Origin: an uncultured Clostridia bacterium
GTDB taxonomy: Bacteria; Bacillota; Clostridia; Christensenellales; UBA1242
Direction of reading: 5' to 3'
Length of the DNA stretch: 64,000 nucleotides
Assembly: GCA_944350085.1 (NCBI GenBank)
Contig: CALVNY010000017.1
Location: 44,659 to 108,658, forward strand
A program made the translations under genes and the position numbers. Shown here in pieces: positions 1 through 8,516 of this stretch. The notes below the pieces were generated by a model. The model was not told the DNA's origin and did no database searches. It worked only from the letters and a program-made list of their open reading frames with translations. Every line of letters begins with the position of its first letter. Position 1 is the first letter of the stretch.

Positions 1-2
1 AA

Positions 3-197
3 CCAGAAATTGATGAAAAAGCATTGGCAAAATATAAAAATGTTTTAAACGATAATATTTTCCCAGTTTTTGTTCCTGTTGCTGGTAACCTTTGTGGTGG
101 TTGTAGAATGGAAATTCCTATGGGCAAAATGGATAAACTAAAAAATGATGGTTTTATAGTTTGCGAGCAATGTGGTAGATTTATATATAATAAGTAA
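3..197 (+). CDS. C4-type zinc-ribbon protein (COG1579 / zf-RING_7-like), C-terminal fragment
   Basis: Frame 3 is open from the window edge to TAA at 195-197. The translation ends ...VAGNLCGGCRMEIPMGKMDKLKNDGFIVCEQCGRFIYNK with two CxxC pairs, and a hairpin terminator follows. The 5' end lies outside the window. Confidence 0.5.
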   Translation, partial: PEIDEKALAKYKNVLNDNIFPVFVPVAGNLCGGCRMEIPMGKMDKLKNDGFIVCEQCGRFIYNK

Positions 198-223
198 TGT
201 TTTTTAATATTATAAAATTAATT

Positions 224-258
224 AAAAGTAAAAGGTTGTCTTTTACTTTTTTTTATTA
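224..258 (+). terminator. rho-independent terminator
   Basis: Stem AAAAGTAAAAG (224-234) / CTTTTACTTTT (240-250), followed by a T-run. Confidence 0.6.
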
Positions 259-310
259 AATAAAATTTTTGTAATATGTATAAATACAATTTTAAATCAT
301 AAAATATTAT

Positions 311-1342
311 ATGAAAAATATTAGTGCTGCATTTTTAATAATAGGTAGTTTTATAGGTGCAGGTTTTTCAACAGGGAAAGAGATTTTTGTGTTCTATGGA
401 ATGTATGGCTTTGTTGGGTTGTTAAACTTGTTGCTATCAATGATTTTAATTTATTTTGTAATATATAATTATCTTTATTATGGTAAATTAAAAAATATAT
501 CTAATTTTAAGCAGGTTTCTATTATTATTTCAAAAAAGCCAATCATTATTGACATAATTTTATTAACATGCTTTTTTATTGTTACTAGTTCGTTGTTTGC
601 AGGATTAAATGAATTTGATAGTTACTTGAATATAAACTCAAAATTTAAAATTGTTGGGTTAGTAACATTAATTTTTGCTATACTTTGTTCAATTGGTGGA
701 TTAAAATCTCTATCTAAAATAAGCAATATTGTTGTTCCTATTATAATTTTTATGTTTATGTTTATTTGTTGTTATTCAATATTTACAAAAAAATTTGAAA
801 TTGCTGAATTTACTTTTAAAAACAACTATATTGTAAGTATTTGTAACGGAATTAGTTATGTTGGCTATAATACAATTTTATCAAGTCAATTATTTTTTAG
901 TATTAGTAAAAAAATAAAAGATATTAGAAAAGTAACAATCCTTACAGAGTCAATATTTTTTATTTTGTTGTTGTTGGGAATTGTATCTATAATTACAAGT
1001 GACACTTTAATAATGGTAAGCCAAATGCCATTACTAAACATTGCTATTGGTATTAATGGCTGGGTAGGGTATGTTTATTTAATTGTTATGTGGTTTGCAA
1101 TAATAACAACACTTCTTAGCAACATTTATTCAATGACAGGATATTTAAAAAATTATTTTAAAAACGATGTTTTAATAATTATTTTTGTTTGTGTTACTTG
1201 CTATTTAATAAGTTTTGTTGGTTTTGGAAATATTGTTGAATTTTTATATCCACTAATAGGTGCGTTTGGCATATTCTATTATTTAATGTTGTTTGCAAAA
1301 TTTAATATTAAAAAAAATGCAATGTGTTTTGCTAATAAATAA
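311..1342 (+). CDS. YkvI-family polytopic membrane protein (putative transporter)
   Basis: 343-aa ORF with many hydrophobic helices. The N-terminal IIGSFIGAGFSTGKEIFVFY resembles the YkvI-family GAGFxxGxE motif. Confidence 0.55.
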   Translation: MKNISAAFLIIGSFIGAGFSTGKEIFVFYGMYGFVGLLNLLLSMILIYFVIYNYLYYGKLKNISNFKQVSIIISKKPIIIDIILLTCFFIVTSSLFAGLNEFDSYLNINSKFKIVGLVTLIFAILCSIGGLKSLSKISNIVVPIIIFMFMFICCYSIFTKKFEIAEFTFKNNYIVSICNGISYVGYNTILSSQLFFSISKKIKDIRKVTILTESIFFILLLLGIVSIITSDTLIMVSQMPLLNIAIGINGWVGYVYLIVMWFAIITTLLSNIYSMTGYLKNYFKNDVLIIIFVCVTCYLISFVGFGNIVEFLYPLIGAFGIFYYLMLFAKFNIKKNAMCFANK

Positions 1343-1436
1343 TTTTATCAAAACTAAAAAACTAATAAAAATGCAAAAAACTAAATAAAAATACATATTT
1401 TTAATTTAAAATTTAATTTTAAAAATGAATAAAAAT

Positions 1437-1459
1437 AAAAGCAAACAGTGTTTGCTTTT
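1437..1459. terminator. bidirectional hairpin terminator
   Basis: AAAAGCAAAC (1437-1446) / GTTTGCTTTT (1450-1459) with a 3-nt loop and A/T runs on both sides. It lies directly after the permease stop. Confidence 0.55.
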
Positions 1460-1460
1460 A

Positions 1461-2291
1461 TTAATTTTCTCTATGTTTTATAATTATTTTTTCAATAATT
1501 AATACTGCAAAGTACATTAAACTTGCAAGTATGCAAAGCACAACAGTGCTTGTCATCACTAAATCCAAATTGAAAACCTGACCACCATAAACAATTAAAT
1601 GTCCCAATCCAGCACGGCTTACTAAATATTCGCCCATAATAGTTCCAACCCAAGTTAAACCAACATTTATTTTTAAAACAGAAATAAATTCTAGTAATGC
1701 ATTTGGAAGTATTAATTTGATTAAGATTTGAAATTTATTTGCGCCCATGCTTTGAAGCAATAAAATTTTATTTTCATCACAACTTGTAAAAGCGTTTAAC
1801 ATGCTTATTACAGTTATTATAATCATAATAAGTACAGCCATAACAATGATTGGTGTTGTTCCAATGCCGAACCAAATAATAATTATTGGGCCTAATGCGA
1901 TTTTTGGCAAACTGTTTAATACAACTATATATGGATCTAAAATTTTTCTTAGGAATTTTGACCACCAAAGTATGATTGCAATTAATGTTCCACCAATCGT
2001 TGCGATTGCAAAAGAAACTAATGCTTCAACAAGAGTTACATTTATATGATACAAAAAGTCATTTTCAAATAATCTTTTTAATTCTTTCAATATTCTGCTA
2101 GGACTGCTCATAATAAATGTGTCAATTATGTTTAGCCTTGCTAAAATTTCCCAAAGTGCAATAATAAACATTAAAATTCCAATCTGTATTGCAATTACTA
2201 ATCCTTTGTTTAACTTTTGTTTTCGTATATACTTTAAGTAACCTTTACTAAAATTGCTAAAATTTTTCTTCATTATTGTAATTCTCTCCAT
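1461..2291 (-). CDS. ABC transporter permease (NitT/TauT, SsuC/TauC-like)
   Basis: Hydrophobic BPD-type permease ORF directly downstream of the ATPase. The ATG at 2273 overlaps the ATPase stop (TAATG) and is probably the true start rather than 2291. Confidence 0.8.
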   Translation of the reverse strand: MERITIMKKNFSNFSKGYLKYIRKQKLNKGLVIAIQIGILMFIIALWEILARLNIIDTFIMSSPSRILKELKRLFENDFLYHINVTLVEALVSFAIATIGGTLIAIILWWSKFLRKILDPYIVVLNSLPKIALGPIIIIWFGIGTTPIIVMAVLIMIIITVISMLNAFTSCDENKILLLQSMGANKFQILIKLILPNALLEFISVLKINVGLTWVGTIMGEYLVSRAGLGHLIVYGGQVFNLDLVMTSTVVLCILASLMYFAVLIIEKIIIKHREN

Positions 2292-3019
2292 ATTTTATCA
2301 AAATAAATTGAAGATTTAGGATTTTCTCTTCGTTTTAGTGGGCTAAGATTTTTTAAGTCGCTTAAATCAATAATGTCTTTAACAGTTCCGGGCTTGCTGG
2401 TTAAAATAATTATTTTGTCAGATAAACTAATTGCTTCATTAATGTCGTGAGTAACAAGAATTGCAGTTGCTTTCTCTTCTGTTAAAATGTTTTTAACATC
2501 ATCGCAAACTTTTAATCTGTTTTGAAAGTCTAATGCACTAAATGCTTCGTCAAGTAAAAGTAGTTCAGGGGATAGTGCCAAAGTTCTAATAAGTGCTGCT
2601 CTCTGACGCATACCACCAGATAATTGTCTAGGATATTTATCTTTAAATTCCCATAAACCATATTTTTTTAACAAGTTTTGTACTCGTTCAATTTCGGTGT
2701 GAGTTTTTGTTTTTGTGATTTCAAGTCCTAAGTAAACATTTTTTAAAATTGTTCGCCACTCAAATAATTGGTCCTTTTGAAACATATAACCGGGGTTATA
2801 TTTGGTATTCAAAATCACTTCGCCTTCTGTTGGTTTTAGTAGCCCACTTATAATGGATAGTATAGTGGTTTTTCCACAACCGCTTGGACCAACGATGCTA
2901 ACAAACTCACCAGATTCAATTTTCATATTAACATTTTTTAGTGCCTGCGTTTCACCATTTTTGCTGTAATATGTTAATCCTATATTTTTTAATTCAAGTA
3001 TGTTCATTTTAGCTCCCAT
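2273..3019 (-). CDS. ABC transporter ATP-binding protein (NitT/TauT family)
   Basis: Walker A GPSGCGKTT, ABC signature LSGGMRQR, Walker B LLLLDEAFSALD. Confidence 0.9.
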   Translation of the reverse strand: MGAKMNILELKNIGLTYYSKNGETQALKNVNMKIESGEFVSIVGPSGCGKTTILSIISGLLKPTEGEVILNTKYNPGYMFQKDQLFEWRTILKNVYLGLEITKTKTHTEIERVQNLLKKYGLWEFKDKYPRQLSGGMRQRAALIRTLALSPELLLLDEAFSALDFQNRLKVCDDVKNILTEEKATAILVTHDINEAISLSDKIIILTSKPGTVKDIIDLSDLKNLSPLKRRENPKSSIYFDKIWRELQ

Positions 3020-3092
3020 AGAGTATACATTAATGTTTTAAAACAATAGTGTATATTCCATTATATTTTTTTATTATATTTGTTGTGCATAA

Positions 3093-3119
3093 CAAAAAAT
3101 AAAAGCATATAATGCTTTT
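3093..3119 (-). terminator. rho-independent terminator between the binding-protein gene and the ATPase gene
   Basis: Read on the minus strand: AAAAGCAT-TAT-ATGCTTTT, then ATTTTTTG. Confidence 0.55.
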
Positions 3120-3174
3120 ATTTGTATAATTATAAATATTTATAAATACTTATGCAAAATAATACAATGTATAA

Positions 3175-4179
3175 TTATGCAATTAATTCCTGCATAACCT
3201 CAGTTGCAAGGGTGTTATCAACAACATCTTCAAAATTTACAGAGCTATTTAAATATCCAGCTTGAGTCATTATTGTAATAAGTCTGTCGTAAGCGCTATT
3301 TTTCATTATTGGACTTTCAGCCCAAGCATCAATATCTTTGTAACTTTTTATGCTTGCTTTAATAATTTCGGTGTCGCTTCCTGTAAAGTGTGGTTGAAGT
3401 GCTTTTGCAATATCATCTAAACTTGCTGTTAAAAGATAATTATAACCACGCATTACTGCTTTTAGAAATTTTTTGATAGTGTCTTTGTTATTATTTATAT
3501 AACTTTCGTTTGCCATAAATGCAGTAAAAGGCACTTCGCCTGCCATTTCGCCAACGCTTGCAACAATATAGCCCCTTCCATTTTTAACTAGTTCGCTTGC
3601 ACTAGGTTCAAACAAAGTCACATAATCTCCAGTTCCTCCAATAAACGCACCACTCATATTTGCAAATTCAACATCATAGTTTATTGTAACATTGTTTCCA
3701 TGAGTTAACCCATTAAGTCTTAGGGCATATTCAAGTGTCATTGCTGGAACTCCACCTTGTCTGCCACCCAAAATTTCTTTTCCTTCAAAATTAGACCAAG
3801 TAAAGTTTGTTTCTTCAGTCCTTGATACTATAAATGAACCATCTCTTTTTGTTAATTGTCCAAAAATTTTTGGAGCATCTTTTTTGCCTTGTGCTAAAAC
3901 ATAAATTGCGGCTTCAGGGCCCATTAGTCCAATATCTGCACTTCCAGAAACAAGTGCTGTCATACTTTTATCTGCACCATTTCCTGTTGTAATTTCAATA
4001 TTTAAGCCTTCATCTTCCATATATCCATTATTAATTGCAATATATAGTGGGGCATAAAAAACGCTTCTTGCAACTTCGTTAAGTCTTATTGTGTTATTGT
4101 CCTTACTGCACGAACAACCAGTTAATAAAACTGAAAAACTACTAAATAGAACTAACAAAAAAATGCTAAGTTTCTTCAT
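3175..4179 (-). CDS. ABC transporter substrate-binding lipoprotein (NMT1/THI5-like)
   Basis: Strong RBS AAGGAGG, signal peptide with lipobox LLTGC, and NMT1/THI5-like binding-protein sequence (FYAPLYIAINNGY...GGRQGGVPAMTLEY). Confidence 0.85.
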   Translation of the reverse strand: MKKLSIFLLVLFSSFSVLLTGCSCSKDNNTIRLNEVARSVFYAPLYIAINNGYMEDEGLNIEITTGNGADKSMTALVSGSADIGLMGPEAAIYVLAQGKKDAPKIFGQLTKRDGSFIVSRTEETNFTWSNFEGKEILGGRQGGVPAMTLEYALRLNGLTHGNNVTINYDVEFANMSGAFIGGTGDYVTLFEPSASELVKNGRGYIVASVGEMAGEVPFTAFMANESYINNNKDTIKKFLKAVMRGYNYLLTASLDDIAKALQPHFTGSDTEIIKASIKSYKDIDAWAESPIMKNSAYDRLITIMTQAGYLNSSVNFEDVVDNTLATEVMQELIA

Positions 4180-4442
4180 ATTTACCTCCTTATTTAGAAA
4201 CTATAATTATTTTATTCTAAACAAAAAAATATGGTTAAAAACACTAATAATATTGATTGTTAAGATGCTACAATTTGTGTTGATTTTTTACAATTTATAA
4301 AAGATTTTAACAATTATTTGTTAAATTTTAATGAAGTAATTAGCATTTATATGTACAAAATAATAGACCTATTTTTTTTAATTTGATATACTTTTAATTA
4401 GTAGTAATTATAAATATTTTAAACTAATATATAAAATAGGTA

Positions 4443-4471
4443 TTGAAATTAAGCCAATAATTTGTTATACT
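4443..4471 (+). promoter_or_regulatory. sigma-A-type promoter TTGAAA-17-TATACT
   Basis: Hexamers at 4443-4448 and 4466-4471, upstream of the 83-aa ORF and valS. Confidence 0.45.
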
Positions 4472-4504
4472 AAATTAGTAAATTTTAAATAAGAGGTTTT
4501 GAAT

Positions 4505-4756
4505 ATGAGTTTAATGCTTTCATTTTGGTCTACAATATCTGAAAGGTTTCAATTACCAATGTTCACTTTGGGTATAATTTTAGCAGTACTTGGTGTGGCA
4601 ATTGGTGTTTTAGCAAAAAGAATTACAAGGGTTGTTCGTAAAAGTAATACAATAGAAAATAATGACAAAATTTTAATTTCTTTAAAACTTGTAGGATTAA
4701 TTTTATTATTTTTGGCATTAATATTGTTGATATTCACAAATACCGTTAATGTTTAA
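4505..4756 (+). CDS. small two-helix membrane protein, unknown function
   Basis: RBS AAGAGG lies 7 nt before the ATG at 4505 (the track start at 4499 is TTG). There are two hydrophobic helices separated by a basic loop (KRITRVVRKS), with a promoter upstream and a hairpin downstream. Confidence 0.45.
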   Translation: MSLMLSFWSTISERFQLPMFTLGIILAVLGVAIGVLAKRITRVVRKSNTIENNDKILISLKLVGLILLFLALILLIFTNTVNV

Positions 4757-4791
4757 TAAGAAGTTTATTAGTTAAATATATTTTAATTACA

Positions 4792-4835
4792 ATAGTTTTG
4801 ATTTGAAATTTTTTCAGTCAAAACTATATTTTATT
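4792..4835 (+). terminator. hairpin terminator/attenuator between the 83-aa ORF and valS
   Basis: 10-bp stem ATAGTTTTGA (4792-4801) / TCAAAACTAT (4818-4827) with a 16-nt loop, followed by ATTTTATT. Confidence 0.45.
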
Positions 4836-4855
4836 ATAAAATTAAGGAAAACATT

Positions 4856-7474
4856 ATGGATAAAAAATTTAATTTTAAAGAAATTGAACAAAATTTATAT
4901 GAAAATTGGTTAAATAAAGGTTACTTTAAAGCAGATGAAAATTCCACAAAAAAACCATTTACAATAGTTATGCCACCACCAAATATAACTAGTAAATTGC
5001 ACATAGGACATGCTTATGGCATTTCTATTATGGATAGTTTAATTAGATATAAAAGAATGCAAGGGTTTGAAGCATTGTTGCTTCCAGGAACAGACCATGC
5101 TGCACTTGCAACAGAAGTTAAAGTTGTTGAAAGATTAAAAGAAAAAGGCATAAAAAAAGAAGACATTGGTAGGGAAGCATTTGCTTTAGAAATGCAAAAA
5201 TGGTACGATGAATTTGGTGGACTAATTTTAAAACAATTTAAAAAAGTTGGTATTTCTTGCGATTGGGATAGATTGGCATTTACACTAGATGAACAAAGAT
5301 GCAAATCTGTTAGAAAATCATTTTATGACTTGTATCACAAAGGATTAATTTACCAAGGAACAAGAATTACAAATTGGTGTAGTGAATGTAAAACTGCGCT
5401 TAGTGATATAGAAGTTGAATATCAAAATGATGCAGGTCATATTTGGTACATCAAATATAAAATTGAAAATAGTGACAAATATATTACAGTTGCAACCACA
5501 AGGCCAGAAACAATGCTAGGAGATGTTGCTGTTGCAGTTAACCCAAAAGACAAACGATATAAAAATTTAATTGGAACAAATGTAATTTTGCCTATTGTTA
5601 ATAAACCAATTCCAATTATTGCAGATAGTTATGTAGATATTTCTTTTGGAACAGGTATGGTTAAAATTACGCCTGCACATGACCCTAACGATTATGAAAT
5701 TGGCAAAAGGCACAATTTGGAAGTTATAAATGTTTTAAATTTAGACGGAACTATGAATAACAATGCCGGCAAATATGAAGGCTTAAAAGCAATAGATGCA
5801 AGAGAAAAGATTGTTGAAGAACTTTCAAATTTGGGGCTTCTTGAAAAAGTTGAAAATTATAACCATAATGTTGGACATTGTCAAAGATGCCATAGCACAT
5901 TAGAGCCAATAGTAACAAAACAATGGTATGTTAAAATGGACGGGTTGGCAAAAAGGGCTATTGAAAAAGTTAAAGATGGAACAATTAATTTTCATCCAAA
6001 GCGTTTTGAAAAAATTTATTTCCATTGGATGGAAAACATTAAAGATTGGTGTATTTCAAGACAATTATGGAGTGGGCATAGAATACCAGTATTTACTTGC
6101 TCAGATTGTGGGGAAGAAATTGTTGAACTTTTAGACCCAACCACTTGCCCAAAATGTGGCTCTAAAAATTTAGTGCAAGACCCTGATTCACTTGACACAT
6201 GGTTTAGTAGTGCACTTTGGCCATTTAGTACATTAGGTTGGCCAGATGAAACAAAATCAATGGAAAAATTTTATCCAACTGACTTAATGGTTACTGCATA
6301 CGACATTATTTTCTTCTGGGTTGCTAGAATGATATTTAGTGGGTTGGAATACACGGGCAAGGAACCATTTAAAGATGTTTTAATGCATGGTTTAATTCGT
6401 GATGAATTAGGCAGAAAAATGAGTAAAAGTTTGGGAAATGGTATTGACCCAATAGATATAATTGATAAATACGGCGCCGACACTTTGCGTTATTCGTTGC
6501 TTACAGGAACAGGTGTTGGAATGGATTCTAGGTTTAGTTATGATAAAGCAGAAAATACAAGCAACTTTATAAATAAACTTTGGAATGCAAGCAGATTTGT
6601 TTTAGAAAATGTTGAAAAAAGCAATTTTGAACTTAAAAATCTTACAGAACTTAATTTAGGGCTTGCAGATAAATGGATTTTAACAGAACTTAATACAACA
6701 ATTCAAACAGTAACTCGTCAATACGAAAAATATGATGTTGGAATGGTTTGCAATAGTTGTTACGAATTTATTTGGAATAAATTTTGTGATTGGTATATAG
6801 AGGCATCAAAAAGTAATCTATATGCTGAAGAAGAAACTAAAAACGCAACTTTAAATGTTTTAGTTTATGTTTTAGATAAAATATTAAAAATGTTGCACCC
6901 AATTATGCCATTTGTTACTGAAAAGATTTATTTAGAACTTCCAAACCATGATGAAAGTATAATGATTTCAAAATTTCCAGAAGTTAATAAGGAATTGAAT
7001 TTTAATTCAAGTGCAAAAGTTATGCACGAAGTTATGGAAATTGTTAAAAACATAAGAAATGTTAGAAAAAGTATGAATGTTGCAGACAATTTAAAAACAA
7101 ATCTTTATGTTGTTACAACAAATAGGGAAATAAAAAACAACATTGAAATGTTGAAAAAACTAGCAAACGGTAAAGAAGTTGAGTGCTATAAGGATGAAAG
7201 TAAAGTTCCAGCAAATTCAACAGTTTGCGTAAAAGACTTGTTAAAAGTATTTATTCCTAATTTAGATATGGTAAATCCAGAAGAAGAAAAGATTAGGTTA
7301 AATAATGAACTTAAAAGAGTTGAAAGCGAAATTGAAAGGGCAAATAGAATGTTAAATAATGCAGGTTTTGTTGCAAAAGCACCAAAAGCACTTATTGAAC
7401 AAGAACAAGCAAAAATAGAAAAATATAATTCTTTAAAACAAGAAATTTTAAATTCTATTGAAAAATATAATTAA
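4856..7474 (+). CDS. valS: valine--tRNA ligase
   Basis: 872 aa with class I HIGH motif (SKLHIGHAY), KMSKS motif (RKMSKSLGN) and a C-terminal coiled coil. RBS AAGGAA. Confidence 0.97.
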   Translation: MDKKFNFKEIEQNLYENWLNKGYFKADENSTKKPFTIVMPPPNITSKLHIGHAYGISIMDSLIRYKRMQGFEALLLPGTDHAALATEVKVVERLKEKGIKKEDIGREAFALEMQKWYDEFGGLILKQFKKVGISCDWDRLAFTLDEQRCKSVRKSFYDLYHKGLIYQGTRITNWCSECKTALSDIEVEYQNDAGHIWYIKYKIENSDKYITVATTRPETMLGDVAVAVNPKDKRYKNLIGTNVILPIVNKPIPIIADSYVDISFGTGMVKITPAHDPNDYEIGKRHNLEVINVLNLDGTMNNNAGKYEGLKAIDAREKIVEELSNLGLLEKVENYNHNVGHCQRCHSTLEPIVTKQWYVKMDGLAKRAIEKVKDGTINFHPKRFEKIYFHWMENIKDWCISRQLWSGHRIPVFTCSDCGEEIVELLDPTTCPKCGSKNLVQDPDSLDTWFSSALWPFSTLGWPDETKSMEKFYPTDLMVTAYDIIFFWVARMIFSGLEYTGKEPFKDVLMHGLIRDELGRKMSKSLGNGIDPIDIIDKYGADTLRYSLLTGTGVGMDSRFSYDKAENTSNFINKLWNASRFVLENVEKSNFELKNLTELNLGLADKWILTELNTTIQTVTRQYEKYDVGMVCNSCYEFIWNKFCDWYIEASKSNLYAEEETKNATLNVLVYVLDKILKMLHPIMPFVTEKIYLELPNHDESIMISKFPEVNKELNFNSSAKVMHEVMEIVKNIRNVRKSMNVADNLKTNLYVVTTNREIKNNIEMLKKLANGKEVECYKDESKVPANSTVCVKDLLKVFIPNLDMVNPEEEKIRLNNELKRVESEIERANRMLNNAGFVAKAPKALIEQEQAKIEKYNSLKQEILNSIEKYN

Positions 7475-7493
7475 TAAGTTTTATAAAATTTAA

Positions 7494-7526
7494 ATAAAAA
7501 AAAGAAGCGTTTGCTTCTTTTTTTAT
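7494..7526. terminator. bidirectional terminator (valS / TSCPD gene convergent)
   Basis: A-run, GAAGC (7504-7508), GTTT, GCTTC (7513-7517), then a T-run. Confidence 0.65.
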
Positions 7527-7529
7527 ATT

Positions 7530-7781
7530 TTAATTTAAATTGTTGTCTTCTTTATATTTCTTTAATGCTTTTGCAAGTTGGTCTGGGCAACTTGTGGTTG
7601 GTCTACATTTTATGCCTTCAAGTTTTTTAATAACTTCATCAATTTCCATTCCGTCAACAAGTTTGCTTACACCTGTTGTGTTTCCCATGCAACCACCATC
7701 AAATTTAACATTGTAAACTTTGTTATCTATCACATCAAAAGAAATATTTCTAGAACATACTCCTTGAGTTTTATATTGCAT
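7530..7781 (-). CDS. TSCPD-domain small protein (TIGR03905-like, four Cys)
   Basis: 83 aa with a literal TSCPD motif (RPTTSCPDQ) and four Cys (C9, C31, C59, C65). RBS AAGGAG. It starts 11 nt after the stop of the upstream DUF4364 gene. Confidence 0.7.
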   Translation of the reverse strand: MQYKTQGVCSRNISFDVIDNKVYNVKFDGGCMGNTTGVSKLVDGMEIDEVIKKLEGIKCRPTTSCPDQLAKALKKYKEDNNLN

Positions 7782-7792
7782 AATTTTCTCCT

Positions 7793-8329
7793 TTAATTTT
7801 CAATTAATCCGTCATATAAGTATTCAAAAATATTTGGTGCTTTTTCGTTCCACTTTTTACAAGCAAGAATAGCAGAGTGACGAGTAGGGGTTTTTAATTT
7901 AATTTCAAGCAAAGGCGAATTTATCATAGGCTCTTTTATTTTTAAAGTTACAGTGTGAGAACCATCTGGATTTTTTTCGTAACTTGAAACATATTCCTGA
8001 CTACGCTTAAATTCCATTCTATTTTCTTTACAAAAATTTGTTATGTTTTCCCTTAAACTTTGGGGAATTCTTAAATAAAAATGGCTTAAACAATCTCTAC
8101 CATCAAGTGTTATAGCATATCTATATTCATTATTTTCACCATTTATTTTGTAAATAAAATTAGTTTCAAGCAATTGCCATAAAATATCTTTGCAGTCCAT
8201 ATAATTTAGCCAATTGTTACGGCTTGTGCAAATGTCCATTATTGAGTTGTCAGATAAAGGAATTTCCATTTTGTCCAAAACAAAAAGTAAAATCAACTTG
8301 TTAATTGTAGAATCTGGTGTAAAATCCAT
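7793..8329 (-). CDS. DUF4364-family protein (predicted winged-helix N-terminus)
   Basis: The ATG at 8329 is preceded by AAGGAG with 7-nt spacing (the track start at 8365 lacks an RBS). The sequence MDFTPDSTINKLILLFVLDKMEIPLSDNSIMD resembles DUF4364 proteins as I recall them. Confidence 0.6.
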   Translation of the reverse strand: MDFTPDSTINKLILLFVLDKMEIPLSDNSIMDICTSRNNWLNYMDCKDILWQLLETNFIYKINGENNEYRYAITLDGRDCLSHFYLRIPQSLRENITNFCKENRMEFKRSQEYVSSYEKNPDGSHTVTLKIKEPMINSPLLEIKLKTPTRHSAILACKKWNEKAPNIFEYLYDGLIEN

Positions 8330-8447
8330 ATAAGCACTCCTTAAAATACAAAACAAGTATATCATAAAAACTTAATAATATCAATTTACAAACTAAAATT
8401 TTAAAATTAGTTAGAATATATAAAATTTTATATAATTACAAAATTGT

Positions 8448-8475
8448 TTGAAAAAAAGATTAAATAGTGTATACT
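8448..8475 (+). promoter_or_regulatory. sigma-A-type promoter TTGAAA-16-TATACT
   Basis: Hexamers at 8448-8453 and 8470-8475, about 40 nt upstream of the ATG at 8517. Confidence 0.4.
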
Positions 8476-8516
8476 AATTATTGACAAATATTGTCCATAT
8501 TTTTAAGGGGAAATTT

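Noticed and set aside
4091-4300. 69-aa plus-strand ORF overlapping the start of the binding-protein gene and running into AT-rich intergenic DNA.
   Set aside because: It has no RBS, overlaps the lipoprotein signal-peptide codons antisense, and has a nonsense-like composition.
4180-4500. Possible TPP or other riboswitch upstream of the NMT1/THI5-type transporter.
   Set aside because: No conserved riboswitch core sequences or GC-containing helices are visible on the minus strand, and the region is nearly pure AT.
4757-4855. Possible T-box leader upstream of valS.
   Set aside because: It is only 99 nt long, contains no GGTGGNACC-type T-box sequence, and holds a single simple hairpin.
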